From: the human T2T-CHM13v2.0 reference genome, Homo sapiens
DNA length: 64,000 bases
NCBI RefSeq assembly: GCF_009914755.1
Contig: NC_060947.1
Direction: 5' to 3' (one strand)
Shown here: positions 18,798-35,451 of the stretch, one piece after another
How the letters are laid out: every line of letters begins with the position of its first letter
How positions within the stretch are numbered: position 1 is the first letter of the stretch
Notes under the pieces: model-generated
The model's input: the letters and a program-made list of their open reading frames with translations, nothing else
Told to the model about the DNA's origin: nothing
Databases searched by the model: none
Program-made: the position numbers and the translations under genes

Positions 18798-19389
18798 TCC
18801 TACCATATACTACCTCTTCTGTGGAAAAAAAAAAGGCTTGTGATAACATTGTTGATATTGCTTGCTTTTTCCAATGGGCTTTGAAAGATTCTCCCTTAGT
18901 TTTCAGGGGAATAATTACTCTACCACCCTATCCAGAATTATCTGAGCAAATAAACCACATTTTTGATTAGTTGAGCTCTAGGGCCTGAGGGATGTGGTTG
19001 GAACTGGAAAAAAAACAAAAAACAAAAAACGGATAAGCCTATAAACTCCTTGTTGGTTTCCCCACATCTACGGTGGCCCACATGGGCTATTACTAATACC
19101 ACTCAAGGGCTAAGAAGGCAAGAAAAGACTGCACTGTAGTCTAGGCTTAGGAGTCAAATAAAGGTGAGACTGAACCTTCAGATATCTCTTGTCAATAACC
19201 ACATTCCTCCACTACTCTGTCAATAGTCTTCTGTTTTAGCTTTACAAAGGCACCAGGTAGCAAAAGCATGCAAGGCACTGGGAGGCAAAAGACTGAAGCA
19301 ATGGATCCTAGACTTAGATACCTAAATAGCCCATGGGCATAAAGCTGGAAATGCAGGTCCAAGGAAAGTAAGAAAAAGAGTAATAGAAT

Positions 19390-19595
19390 AATAATAAACA
19401 AGTACTTCTTGTATGTTAGGCACTTGACATGCATTATCTCATTTAATTCTTACAACAGCCTATGAGATAGATACTATTTTTATCCCCATTTTACAGGTGA
19501 GAAAACACTCAACCTAAGGCCATAGCTAATAAATGACAACCTCTTGATTCAAACCTAGATCCGTCAAATTCCAAAGCTCTTATTCTTAACCAACA
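19390..19595 (-). mobile_element. MIR
   Basis: TATCCCCATTTTACAGGTGAGAAAAC core. Confidence 0.7.
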
Positions 19596-20104
19596 CTCTC
19601 AAAAATGACTGGAATACAAGACTTTTCTAGACTACTTCCTGGTAGATAACATGCATGAGAGTGGCATAGTTTAAAGAAGGCTTGCCCTGGAAAATGAAGT
19701 GAGGCTGCCAGGTCAGATTGAAATAGGCTGGTCGTGCAATGGCCTGGGCCAGTGTTGTCAACATTGTTGTTATGTTTAAGTCACCAGATTTGTAAAACAG
19801 TCAACCAATAAGAATGCTACAGGTGGGAATAAGTGTGTGAGATGAGAGACATGAGAAGATAACCAAGAAACACTGTGTGTGATGCATGTAACACGCAGTT
19901 GCAAATTGGGAGAAACTGAATACCCATAGGCATTTAAATGAAAATATTAATGGACAAAAAGGTCAGTGCTGGAGAGGGGACATCTGGGGGAAGCAAGTAA
20001 ATTAAATTCCTCTATTAAAATAAGACTTCTCATTGGAGAACTCTGGAGTTGAGAAACTTCTCTTTTTTTCTTTTCTTTTCCTTTTTGGTTTTTCTCTGAC
20101 TTCT

Positions 20105-21345
20105 TTTTAAATTGAAATTTTAATTCAAACTGTAGATTCATATGCAGTTATAAGACACAACACAGAGAGATCCCTTGCACACTTTTCCCAATTTCTCCAA
20201 ATGGTAACATCTTGCAAAGCTATAGTATACTACCACAACCAGGATCTTGACATTGATATAATCCATCTATTTTATTCAGATTTCCCAAATTTTACCTGTA
20301 CTCATTGTCTGTGTTGTGTGTTACATTCTATACAATTTTGTCACCCATGTAGGTTCATGTATCCACCATCGCAGTCAAGATACTCAACAGTTGGAACATC
20401 ACAAAGATCCCTCATGTTGCTTTTTATAGCCAAACTTATCTCTGCCTCACATTATGTCTAGTCCCTGACTCCTGGCAACAACTTTCTTCTCCATCTCTAT
20501 ATTTTTGTCATTGCAATAACGTTATATGAATGGAATCACAGACCATGCAACCTTTTGTCACTCTGGCTTTTTTTCACTCAGCATAATTTCCCTGGAGATT
20601 CATTTAAGTTGCTGTGTGTATCGATAGTTTTTTTTTTTTTCTGCAGGGTGGTATTCCATAGTATAGATGTACCACAGTTTGTTTAACCATTCATCTGTTG
20701 AAGGGTATCTGGGTTTCCAGTTTTTCTCTTGTCTTAGTCAGTCCAGGCTGCTGTACCAAAGATTCAGTGGCTTATAAACAAAAAAAATTTATTTCTCACA
20801 TTTATTGAGACTGGAAATCTGAGATCAGACAGCATGATCGGGTTCTGGTGAGGGCTGTCCTGCAGGTTGCAGACTGCTGACTTCTGTTGTATCCCCACAT
20901 GCCAGAAAGTGGGCAAGAGAGCTCTCTGGGGTCCTTTACATAAGGCATTGATTCCATTCGTGAAGGCTCTATCCTCATGACCTAATTACCACCAAAAGGC
21001 CCCACCTCCTAATACCATCACCTTGGGGATTAGGATTTTAACATATTAATTTGGGGGGAGATAGGGGAACACAAATGTAAAAGTTGCCATGAACATTTTT
21101 ATACAGGTTTCTGTATGAATATAGTTTCATTTCTCTGGGATAAATGCCCAGGAGTGCAATTGCTGGGTGATATGGCACTTGCATTTTTAGTTTTTTTATG
21201 AAACTGCCAAAATGTTTTCTAGAGTGGCTATATCATTTTACATATTTACCAGCAATGAATGAATGATCCAGTTTCTCTACATTCCTACCAGCATTTGGTG
21301 GTGTCACTATCTTTTATGTTAGTCATTTTGATAAGTACGTAATGG
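20105..21345 (-). mobile_element. L1MC/MD-like 3' end with nested MaLR LTR (~20730-21075)
   Basis: Antisense L1 3'UTR motifs; TGTCTTAGTC...GGATTTTAACATATTAATTTGGGGG marks the MaLR LTR. Confidence 0.75.
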
Positions 21346-21836
21346 TGTTAATCTTTTATTTTTAGAAGAGGTAAACCAGAGAGGAGAAACTATTTTGAAT
21401 TTCTTGGAAATAAGATCTCCTATTGTTTCAGTTTAAGCTCCTCCTAACTGGTTTTGCCTGGAAAGCTGTTTTGAACTTTTACACTAAATGATCTTCTCCA
21501 TTCATCTGGGAGCCAGCTTCCCTAACACCACAAAGTAATTACCAATCTTGTTCTATGCCTAAAGAAAAGCTGAGATAGCTATGGATTCATTTGAGGAAGC
21601 AGAACAAGCAGGCACAGAAGGGGTATAAGAGGTAATTTCGGTGACAATATTTGCAAATAATTACTTTTCCATTTTGTTTTATAGTCCCCTTTGAAGGGAA
21701 CAGCAGTCTGATTTAAATATCTGAGGAGAGAATTGAGTCATAAAGGTGGTATAATGAGAGTTGATTATGCACATCTACTCCCAACTTTGTGTTAAGTGAC
21801 CTTACATTGATATCTTGAAATCTGCCATGGTGGGAA

Positions 21837-23246
<1,410 letters not shown>

Positions 23247-23725
23247 TAACCCAGGAAATTGGTTCATAAACATTTAATAGTTCACTTCTGTGCATTTCTT
23301 TCCAAAACATATTCTCTATCATTAAGAAGGAGATGAGGAACTATCAATTGTGCACCAACTAAATTTGTTAGCTGATATAATTTTTGTAACAACTTTGTAA
23401 GGTATATGTTATTCTACCCATATTGTAGATGAGGAAACTGAGACTCAAGACATTAAGTATTCTATCAATGTTGTGTACGAAGTAAATGGCAGAGCCTAAA
23501 TTCATTCTTGAGTCTAAGACAAATACAAATCTTGTCTTTGCACTATACCACATTGGCTCTGTAGGGGGGAGGAAACATTAATGTCAGAAAGAAGCAGTGA
23601 GGCAAAACTTTAAAAAAAATTTCCTTGACTTTAATTAAAAGAAAAGAAAGTTAATCAAAGAAAAAAAATGTCTGTCCTTGGCATTGTGTAGCACATTAGC
23701 TTGTATTTACATGTGTATAGTCCAA

Positions 23726-24200
23726 CTGTGGTGGGCATAGTAACTATGGTTTTTGTCTTCCACATACTCTTTCCTACTTCCTTTCCTCTGGTTCTGCTAG
23801 AGAACAATTCCCCCTTTCGGTGTGACCCTAACTAAGCTATAAATCACAGTGCTCTGGCCGCTCCCAACCACAGGTGTGGCCAAGCCAATTAGGATCTTCT
23901 CTAGGAAACTTCTACTGAAGCTAGAGGAAAAGAGATTTTTTTTTTCCTGCTTGCCTTGCTTACCTAGGACATTGTGAAGCTGGGAATCAAACAGCATCAT
24001 CAGAATTCTGCCTGTCTTGACTCTATTCTTTTCACATGGTGGATGAGATGGCCGCCTACAGTCCCAAAATACTCCGTAGACTTCCCAGTTATGTGAGCCA
24101 ATAAAATACCCTCCCCCATCTCTCTCTCTCTGTATGTGTATGTGTGTGAATAAACTAGTCTGAGTTGACTTTACATCATTTGTAATCAAGAGTTCCATCT
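23726..24200 (+). mobile_element. Old ERVL LTR (LTR16-like)
   Basis: GGCCAAGCCAATTAGGA and TTCCCAGTTATGTGAGCCAATAAA motifs. Confidence 0.55.
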
Positions 24201-24264
24201 CCTTTGTGACTACTCCAGCTCATTATTCCTTTCTTCCTACAAGTTCTTACAACACTTATTTATA

Positions 24265-25046
24265 ACAACCCTGTTCAATAGAAAGTATGAACCATATATA
24301 CATATAATTTTAATTTTCTAGTAACCATATTTTTAAAAGTAGAAAGAAATAGGTGAAATACATTTAATAATATATCTTACTTAACCCAATATATTTTTTA
24401 AGTATCAGTTAATATATAATAAATATAAAAATTCTTAATGAACTATTTCTACATTCTTTCTTTGTCCTAAGACTAAAATCTTGTGTGTATTTTACATTTA
24501 TAACTCATCTCAATTCTAACTAGTCACTTTTCAGATATTGTTAAAGGAAAAAAATATTTAATGACACTTGTTAAAGCATGGTAAGGAAGAATTTATTCAG
24601 GACCATTGTGATAGATATAGGGACCACGAAAATGGGATTTTGCAGTAGGAGAGAGAGATTGGGTTCATTCTGAATACAGCATGGGCTAGTGAATTTTATA
24701 GCCAAGGAGCAGGGTGTGAGGGTGGGGCGGTCAGTGGATGGAAAATTACTAAGAGGAAACATCAGGGGTGAAGGGGATTCTGGCTAAACCAACCTAACAG
24801 GATTCTTGCTGAAGGCAGGCCAGGGTGATTTGACATCATCTGGGGGATGGTGGAGGAGAAGAATGGTAGGAGGTTCTTGCTAAACAGACTTAGCAGGGTC
24901 CTTTGCTAAAACTGGGTTTTACAGGGAAGTGCATAGATTGACTTAGGAGAAGGTTCAGGAACCTGACTAAAGTTGGCCAAGCAGAATCTTTGTCACTACT
25001 CAATAGCCACATGTGGCTAGTGGCTACAGTACTGGACAACACAGAT
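24265..25046. mobile_element. MER33/MER3-like hAT element split by a MER31-type LTR (24539-24995, minus)
   Basis: CTCAATAGCCACATGTGGCTAGTGGCTAC end; LTR runs TGTTAAAGG...GAATCTTTGTCA. Confidence 0.7.
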
Positions 25047-26162
25047 TTGTTCTATACATACTGGCATCTAATAACACATCATCATATATTACTACTTGAA
25101 TGTTTCATGTGTAAATGTCTAATCTTCCCACTTAACAAATAATCTCCTTCAGAACAGAAATCATGCTTTAAAATTCTTTTGTGGCCCTCAAATTTTAGCA
25201 TGGTGCCACACTAGTAGTAGGTAATATTATGAATAAATGATTTCAGTTAGCTTATTCAATGAGCAGAGGATTGTAATTCACACACTAATAAAGAAATGTG
25301 GCTGATCGGAAGAAACATATTGCAAGTCCACTGTAGAAATGTCATGTATCTGCATATGACTGTAGTAAAGTGTATTTCTGAGAGCAAACTATCACACTCT
25401 AGGCAGAGGAGACAAGGACCAAAGTGATAAGAATGCGTTATGATTCTCAAATGAAAAGTGCTAAATTCAAAGTGTAAAACTAGTATCCTTTCCCAGTACC
25501 ACTTCCTATTGCAAATGAAAATGCTAAAATGCAGGATGAGTGATTTCTACCTCTGGTAACATGTAACCAGCAAAGAATTAACATCTGAGCACAGAGAGAG
25601 GATCTTTCTTTTGCCCTCTTATATAGCCACTTCTTTTTTTTAACGGCAGGTGGACAGTGAGGGGTGGAGGGTTGGGGAAAAGGTGAGGGAAATATAGGAA
25701 TCATCTTACAAGCTTTTCCCACAAGTATACATACACCATCCTCACCCCAATGTGTATGCATACTTCCCACTGATATAATATCAATGTCTCATCAGAGTCC
25801 AGAGGGAGTCCCAGATATCAAGAAATTTTACTGGACTTCCCCCAAAGCCCACATACCCATTCAGCTTCTGAGGGGCTTCAGATCAGTTAGTCATTCATCC
25901 TTTCATTCATTAATATATTGGGTGTACATTACATGCCAGGCACAATAAAGGCAAAAGACACAATGTTTTCTTTCAGAGTTCAATCTATTGTGAGTGTACT
26001 GGCGAGGTGAGTTGGCAATAATGGCTGGGAGGATTCCTAACTGTAATGATACAGTATAGACACTATAGAAGGAGTATGTACAAAGTGCTACCACGGAATG
26101 CTATACAGCAGTTGTAGAAATGAAATGTATTCATGGAAAAGTCTCCCTGCCTATTATTTAAG

Positions 26163-26353
26163 GCAGTGATTCTCAAAGTATGGTCCCCGGACCAGCAGCT
26201 TCAGCTCATCTGAGAACTTTTTAAAAATGCAAATTCTTAGGTCCCACCCCAGACCTCCTGTATCAGAAACTCTGGAGGTGGAAACAAGAAATTTGTGCTT
26301 TAACAAGTCTCCTAGGTGTTGCCGATGCATGCTGATGTTCGAGAACCACTGGT
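26163..26353. mobile_element. MER5A
   Basis: Terminal inverted repeats CAGTGATTCTCAAA / TTCGAGAACCACTG. Confidence 0.85.
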
Positions 26354-26410
26354 TTAGAAGGAAAAAAAAGTTGCCAAATGAAATGTACAGCATGATAGTA
26401 TTTATTTTTA

Positions 26411-26848
<438 letters not shown>

Positions 26849-29159
26849 TTAGGCAAGTACACTAGAAACGAAAGAGAAACATTAAGTCTTCCCAGAGGAG
26901 GCAGCCTTTGAAACAGATTTTGGGGCTAGCCTACTCCTTGCTCTCCATCCATCCCTATGGCTCTCTCATATCTAGTACATAGTTCAAATTCTCATATTCT
27001 TGTCCTTCCAGATGAAGGGGGCATTTCTAGAGAAGCTGCAATTTGGTTTCTGAAATAGGATGGACCACTCACTTTCCCCTCAAAACTCAAGCCTTAGAGA
27101 AATGACTAAGCTGAGATCGTGAGCTGAAGATTGAAAAGTCCCGGGAAAAAAAAAAGTGAGTGACTGCCCTTCCAAGAGAAAGAAACTGCCCTCCACCTCA
27201 TGTTTTAACAGTAATGTAGATCTGAGCAGCATATTAGGGTGGATGAAAAGCATGAAGCAAAGATCATTATTGATTCACCCTGAGCCAGGCTCATTCAAAT
27301 TCAAGATGGAAAAGCCCTAGAGAGCCATCCAGGTCCTTGTCTTCCAGTGTCCAGTAACAAACCATTTTGGGAAAAAGGCCATGCCCTTTAGAAGGCCCAG
27401 CCTGCATTCTATTGACCTACTCCCTTTCACAGTCTGTTTTGGATCTTTTTAGCTGAAGAGACTGGTGAGAGGTGACAGAGGAAAAATAACAATAGTAAGA
27501 TTTACCCAGAGTCCCTGGCATGAACATGGCCTTTTCAAGTTATAAAGATAAATAACTCTCTAAGCAGCATTCTGGGGAGTTTGTTTCCAGTAAAGTGAAT
27601 TTGAAGAGAGAGGAAAAATAGTCACATTAACCTCTGACACAGCTTTCCAGGCAAAAGCTTTCATAACTAAGGGCCAATAATATGATGGCAAGATGCAGTC
27701 CTGTAGAATGGGCCAGGTTGCCCTATATAATCAAAAGGGGTAAGGAAACTAACAGGCTGAGGAAGTATCCCTATCATTAATAATCACTTTCTGACAGCCT
27801 GGATACTGTAGGGGTGGACTGATGTGTCCGAGAGATAACCGACTTAATAGGCTGCGGAGGAATGGGCAAGTGCAAAGTTTCTGCTGCTTGTTGCAAAGTC
27901 TGAGATAGAGAAGCAACACTTCATGTGCTGGGGAGTTTGATTTTGAATCCAGGGTTGTTTGAGCTAGAAGAGCCTCTAGAGCTTTTGATATAGCAAGAAG
28001 TAGCTCTGGATTAACAGAGAACAGTAGGACTTGAAGATAGAATGGGTTCTCTTTGAAAGATAATTCCCTCCATTTGGGCTAAGAATTTTGCTTTGTTTGT
28101 TTGAAGTCTTATTTAGGATACTTGTTCTCTGTTGAAGCATGTGAAAGCTCGTAGCTGAGCTCGGAGAACTAATGATCACTCAAATGATTTGCATTGACAT
28201 AGAGATGCTGGAAGAATTCCATCTATCTTTTGAGATAGAAGTTTTTATCATTTAAAAAATATTTTAAAAAATATTTATTGGATACCTTCTACATGCATAG
28301 CACTGTGTTGAGAGCTATAAAAAAACACAATGAACAACATGCCAAACACATTCTCAAGGAGGTTATGGTACAGTTAGGGAGGGGCAGTGAAGGATGAGTT
28401 GAGTTGGAATCCATGAAAAGTTAACACTACAATGGTACAAGAGTGATTTAAAATTTAATGCCAAATTAATGACACAAGCAAAGAGTCAGGTTAATGATGG
28501 GTAAATCTTTGTTCATTGGATAAATCAGGAAAGCTTTAGGGAAAAAGTAGGAAATTAAGTGTGGTCTTATAAGCAAAAAGTACCTTGGGCTTTTTGGGTG
28601 TGTGTTTTGGAGGCTTTCTGTGAAGTTAAGTTATAAGTGGTGGCCATTGGTGATTGACCTAGGACAAAATTATGAAGAAAGAAGTTGTTTTTCCTGCCTT
28701 CTCATCCTCCCCGACCCTAGGCAGGGTGCTAATACTGTTCAGGTTGCTTAGAAGATAAGTAATGATACCCAAGTTGCTGTCCTCTACTTAATCCAGTTGA
28801 CCTGTTCTGAGTCTCATTTTTCTTAAGATGTACCTTCTCCTTAGAAACCAGTTAGAGCAAAGGTGGTAATGATCCATAATGGTTTAGCATGACCTACTGT
28901 GCTAGACTGCACCGTTTAATTTCCACAACAACCTGATGAGATAAATTCTATTCTTCCTGCTTATCAGATGAGTACACTGAGGCTAGAGGGGCAAAGTAAA
29001 TTGAACAAGTCAAATAAAGGCACTGGGATTTGAGTCCAGGCTTGTCATATGATACCATTATTTCAATGACTTATCCAACCCAAAAAACTACATACACTTA
29101 CAGATTTATAATTCTGTTTCAAAATTAAAGATTCAGGTAATAACAATGAAAATGTCAGA

Positions 29160-30405
29160 GTAAGAATCTCCAAGAGCCCATCTCTCCACAGAAAGAGTGA
29201 ATAAATGGGCAAAAGCTATCATTAACTTTATTGGAGCTCTGGAAACTAATCAAAGGTGTATAGCAACCAGGCCAAGGTTTAATCAAGATGAAGGTGGCTG
29301 AATATTGAAAGGAGAGCTTTGTGGCATTTTTATTCACTAACTAACCTAACCACTAAGCTAACTTAACTGAGACTTTAATCGCCATAAACAATAAAGAATA
29401 TAGACTTTACAAAATTAGTTTAGAAGTCACTAAACAAACAAGAGCAACCACAACAAGCAGCAACAACAAGCCATGGAAATAAGAGACAACATGATTTCCA
29501 AAGCTGCCACATCATAATATTTAAAATGTACAGTTTTCAACAAAAAATTTCAAGGCATGCAAAGAAACAAGACAGTAGAGCCCATACACAAGAAAAAAAT
29601 TAGTAGAAACTTCCTGTGGAATCCCCAACATTGAACTTACTAGAAAAAAACTTTTAAGTCAACTCTCTTAAATATATTCAAATAGATAAAATAATATAAA
29701 AATCAAAGAAACCATGATAATGATGTCTAGCAAATAGACAATATGAATAAAAGACAGAAATTATAAAAAGGAACAAAATAGGAATTCTCAGGCTAAAAAA
29801 TACAATAACTGAAATTTTAAAAATCACTAGAGGGGTTTAACAGCATACCTAAACAGGAGGAAGAAAGAACAAGTGAATTTGAATACAGGACAATTGAAAC
29901 TACCCAGACTGAGCAACAGAAAGAAAAAAAGAATGAAGAGAAATGATCAGTGCCTCAGAGACCTGTGGAACACCAGCAAGGATATCTACAATGCATAACA
30001 GTAGTCCCAGAAGAACCTAAGAGAAAACAGGACCAGAAAAAAATATTTGAAGAAATAATGGCGAAAAACTTTGCAAATACAATGAAAGTCATGAATCTGA
30101 ATGTCAAGCTCAAGAACTCTGAGAAGGAGAAACTCAGGGATCAAAACTAAGACACATTATAAACAAACTGTCAAAAGATAAAGATAATTCTGAAAGCGCA
30201 AAAGAGAAGCAAGCCATCACATACAAAGGATCCTTATGATTAACAGCTCATTTTTCATCAGAAACCACAGATGCTGGAAGGCAGTGGGATGGCATATTCA
30301 AAGTGCTGAAAGTAAAAGATTATCAACCAATAGTTATATATATGGCAAAGCTATCCTTCAAAAATGAAGAAAAATTAAGACATTTCCAGATAAACAAAAT
30401 CTTAG
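29160..30405 (+). mobile_element. Old L1M 5' region and ORF1 remnant
   Basis: KKIFEEIMAKNF in ORF 29950-30150 and CAGTGGGATGGCATATTCAAAGTGCTGAAAG. Confidence 0.8.
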
Positions 30406-30839
30406 GAGTGCCATTGGAAGGCAGACAGCAAATCTAGAGAAAGCTGGGAGCTCAAACAGTGGGTAAGAAGCAAAAAAGAGCAGGGTAGGTGGGGGAGAGA
30501 CTGGAGGCTATGCTTTGATCAAGGTCCATGGGTATTATTCCTTAGGCTTTCCCATGGGAGTTCTAAATTGGCTCGTTTAAAGAAAGCACAAGCAAAGGGG
30601 GGGAACTTATTTGGATGACTCTGGTGTTGACCATTAGGTTTTTATCATGGTTAGCAGCTGTGGCATGTGCTGGGTTTAGGGTCAGTGAGATGAGGAAGAA
30701 GCAGGCTGTATCATAGACAACCACATAGGGAAGTTTTTACTAGACCAAAGATGACAAGGTATGATTGGGTTTCAAACAACTTGTGTCAGGGCTAAAAATG
30801 GATACTGAGGCAGCAACAACGTTAAATAAACTTATGACA
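30406..30839 (-). mobile_element. Probable LTR fragment (family not assigned)
   Basis: Non-L1 insert ending ...CTTATGACA (TG start on the minus strand). Confidence 0.4.
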
Positions 30840-33800
30840 ACAACCATGAGACTTTTCCCCCAGGAAGGAGGGAAAGGAGTAGAGTGTTATTTCAATGTTG
30901 CAGCCTTTCAGCACACTGTTTTAGGGAAAAGGGTTGGACAGCTTACTGCAAGTCACCATGTCTCTGCAAGATTGGAAGAAGGTGCACAACACTGACAGTC
31001 CTTCCCCAGGAGGGAGGGAGGGAGAGGAGTGGAGTGTGCACGTCCATAGTAAACGTTTGAGCGGCTCTCAGGATCTCTAGCCAGACTGATTGGTGAAGGT
31101 CTTTCTCTGTCAAAGTCAGTCAACAAAGACTGAGAGAGGTGGATGTTTCTTCAAATGTACAGACACCAATGCAAAGCACAAGGAACATGAAGTATCAGGA
31201 AACCATGCCACATCCAAAGAAAAAAATAAATCTCTGCTAACTGACCCTAAAGAAATGTAGATCTACAAATCGCCTGACAAGAATTCAAAATAATCATCTT
31301 AAAGCAGTTCAGTGAGTTACAAGAGAAAACAGACAACTAAATAAAATTAGGAAAATGATACATGAACAAAATGAAACTATCAATAAAGAGATTAAAACCA
31401 TAAAAATAAGCAAACAAATTCTGGAGCTGAAGAATACAATAACTAAACTGAAATTTTTAATAGAGTATCAACAGCATACTTAAGCAGAGGAAAGAATCCG
31501 CAAACTCAAAGAAAGATTATTTGAAACTAGTGAGAGGAACAACAACAACAAAAAGAATGAAAAGGTGTGAAGAAAACCTAAATGACTTATTAGACACCAT
31601 CAAGTAAACCAGTATATGCAATATGGGAGCTGAAGAGAGAGAAGAGAGAAAGGGGCAGAAAGCTTATTTAAAGAAAAAAGGCTGAAAACTTTTCAAGTCT
31701 TGGGAGAGAGAAATAGGCACTCAGATTCATTAAGCTCAAGCACCCCCAAACAGAACCAACCCAAAGAAGATTACACTGGGACATATTATAATCAAATTAT
31801 CAAAAGTCAAGGACAAAGAAAGTGTTTTTGAATACAGCAAGAGAAAAGTGACCTGCCACTTACAAGGGAACTTCATGAGACTATCAGTGAATTTCTGAGC
31901 AGAAACCTTGTAGGCCAGGAGAGAGTGGGATAATATATTCAAAGTGCTGAGAGAGCAAGAAAACCAATTGCTAAACAAGAATACTGTACCTGTAAAACTG
32001 TCCTTCAAAAAATAAAGGAAAAATAAAGACTTTCCCAGACAAACAAAAGCTGAGGGAGTTAATCACCACTAGACTTCACCACTAGACTTGCCTTACAGGA
32101 AATGCTAAAGAGTTTTCCAAGTTGAAATGAAAGGGGGCTAAACAATGACACAAAAAGCATATAAAAGTATAAAACTCACTGGTAAATGTAACTTTATAAG
32201 CAAATACAGAATACTGTAATGATAGCATGTAAATCACACAATTTTAGTATAAAAGTTAAAATAGTTATTGAGTTATTAAGGATGACTATAATTACAAAAA
32301 AATTTTAATGAATACATAATACAAAAGCTGTAAATAATATAAAGTGGGGAGAGTAAAAATATAGTTTGTAAAATGTGATTGAAGTTGTTATTAGCTTAAA
32401 ATAGACTGTTATAACTATAAGATGCTTTATGTAAGCCTTTTGGTAACCACAAAGAAAATACCTACAGAAGATACACAAAAGAGAAGTAGAAAGGAATGAA
32501 AGCATATCACTACAAAAAAAATCAATGAAATACAAAGGGAGACAGCAAGAAAGGAAAAGAACTACAAGACAGACAGAAAACAATTAACAAAATGGCAATA
32601 GTAAGTCCTTCCCTATCAATAATTACTTTAAGTGTAAATTGATTAAATTTCCCAATCAAAAGACAGAGAGTGGACGAATGGTTTTTTAAAAAAGATGCCA
32701 TCATACACTGTTTATAAGCAACTTACTTTAGATTTAAAGACACACATAGGTTAAAAGTGAAGGGATGGAAAAAGATATTTCATGCAAATGGTAAACAAAA
32801 GAAATCAGGGTGGCTATACTTAGATGAGACAAAGTAGACCTTAAATCAAACTGTCAAATGAGGCAAAGAAGTACATTATATAATAAAGATAAAATGACCA
32901 ATTTATCAGGAAATATAGATGCACCCAACATTAGAGTAACACACATATAAAGCAAACATTGGCAGAACTTAAGGGAGAAACACACAGCAATACAATAATA
33001 TTAGGAAACTTCAATACCCAACTTTCAATAATGGATAAAACATCCAGACAGAAGATCAGTAAGGAAACAACTGACTTGACCAATACTATAGAGCAAATGG
33101 ACCTAACAGACATCTACAGAACATTCCACCCAATAGGAGCAAAATACACATTCTTCTCAAGTGTGCAAAGAACATTCTCTAGGATAGATCACATGCCAGG
33201 TCAAAAAACAAATCTTAACAAATTTAAGATGATTGAAATCATACCAAATCTCTTTTATGACCACAGTGGAATGAGACTAGAAATCAATAAAAGAAGGAAA
33301 AGTGGAAAATTTACAAATATGTGGTATTTAAACAATGCACTCTTGAACAATCAACTGGTCAAATAAAAAATCGATAGGGAAATCAGACAATATCTTGAGA
33401 CAAATGAAAATGAAACAAGCAGCAAAAGCACTACTAAAAGTTTATAATGATAAACTTCTACATTTAAAAAGAAGAAACATCACAAATAAGCAACCTAACT
33501 TTATACCACAAGGAACTAGAAAAATAAGAACAAATTAAGCCCAAATATAGCAGAAGGAAGTAAATAATAAAGATTACAGTAGAAACAAACAAAATAAAGA
33601 ATAGAAAAATAATAGAAAAATGAACAAAACTAAAAGTTGGCTTTTTAAAAACAAATAAATAGACAAAACTTGAGCTAGACTAAGAAAAAAGAAAGAAGAC
33701 TTAAATAAAATTAGAAATGAAAGAGGAGATGTTACAATACTATATTGTGAGGTTAAAAATTGTAAGAGGGTGGGTCTCATGTGTTACTACCACAAAAAAA

Positions 33801-33962
33801 GGAAGGCATGAAGAAATTTTTGGTGATTTTGAACATGTTTATTGCCTCAATTGTGATGATAGTTTCATAGATATATGCATAGGTCCAAACTCATCAAATT
33901 GTATACATTAAATATTTGCAGTTTTTGCACGTCAATTATACCTCAATAGTGTTGTTTTAAAA
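30840..33962 (+). mobile_element. L1M: 5'UTR, ORF1 and ORF2-EN fused at ~33740 to an L1 3' end
   Basis: ORF 32959-33366 has ILGNFNTQLS, RIDH and DHSGMRLEIN; 3' end GTCAATTATACCTCAATA. Confidence 0.82.
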
Positions 33963-34913
33963 GCCCAAAGCTAACATCATACTTAATAGTGAAAAATAAA
34001 GTTTTCACCCTAAAGTCAGGAACAACACAAGAATGTCTGCTCTCACCACTCCTACTCAATATTATACCAGAGGTTCTAATCAGGGCAGTTAGGCAAAAAG
34101 AAATAAAAGTCATCCAAATTAGAAAGAAGGAGGTAAAACTATCTCTATGTGCAGATTACATAATCTTACATATAGAAAACCCTAAGAAAAATTCATACAC
34201 AAAAACTACTATTAGAGCTAATAAATAAATTCAGCAAAGCATCAGGATATAAGATTAACATACAAAAGTCAGTTACATTTCTATACACTAGAAATGAACA
34301 TACCTAAAAGCAAATTAAGAAAATAATTTCATTTATAAAAACATCAAAAAATAAAATACTTAGAAATAAATTTAACCAAAAAGGTGTAAAACTTGTGAAC
34401 TAAAAACTGCAAAACATTGTGGAAATTAAAGAATACCTAAATAAATGGAAAGACATCTCATGGTCATGGATTGGAAGACTTAATATTATTAAAATGACAA
34501 TGCTACTCAAAGGAGTCTAAAGACTCATTGCAATCTCTGTAAAAATTCCAAATGCCTTTTTATAAGCATAAAGGGATTCTAACATTCATATTGAATTGTA
34601 AATGACTCCAAATAGTCAAAACAATCTTGAAAAAGAAGAGCAAAGTTGGAGGACTCCCCCTTCTATACTTCAAAATTTACTATAAAGCTACACTAATCAA
34701 AACGCTGTGGTACTGGCATAAGGATAGCTATATAGATCATTGGAATAGAGTTGAGAGTCCAGAAATAAACCCATACATCTATTGTCAATTGATTTACAAC
34801 AATGGGACCAATACCCTTCAATGTGGAAAGAAGCATCTTTTCAACAAATGGTGCCAGGACAATTGAGCATTCACATGCAAAAGAATGAAGCTGGACTCTT
34901 AACTCACACCATA

Positions 34914-35451
34914 TTTATTAGTCAGACTTCTCCAGAGAAAAAAAACCAATAGGATGTATATATGTATATTTAGAAAAAGATTTATTATAAGGAGTTGGAT
35001 CATGCAATTATGGAAACTGACAAATTCCAAGATCTGCAGGGCAAGTCAGCAATCTGGAGACCCAAGAGAGGCCAATGATATAGTTCCAGTCTGAGTCTGA
35101 AGGACTGAGAACCAGGAGAATTGATAGTGTAGATTCGTTCTGAAGGCCAGCAGGCTCAAGACCCAGGAAGAGTCAATGTTTCAGCTCAAGTACAAAGGCA
35201 GGTAAAAGCTGAACTCCCAGTTCAAAGGCAAGTCAGGCAGGAAGAGAAAGTCAGCCTTTTTTCTATTTGGGCCTACAACTGATTGGATGAGATCCACTCA
35301 TATTAGAGAGAGCAATCTGCTTTACTCAGTCTGCTGATTTAAATGTTAATCTCATCCAAAAACACCTCAAATAGACACCCAGAATAATGTTTGACCAATT
35401 ATCTGGGCACTTTGTGGCTCAGTCAAGTTGACCCATAAAATTACCATCACA
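34914..35451 (-). mobile_element. MLT2 (ERVL) solo LTR
   Basis: Ends GTCAAGTTGACCCATAAAATTACCATCACA; 5-bp TSD cc(a/g)ta. Confidence 0.88.
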
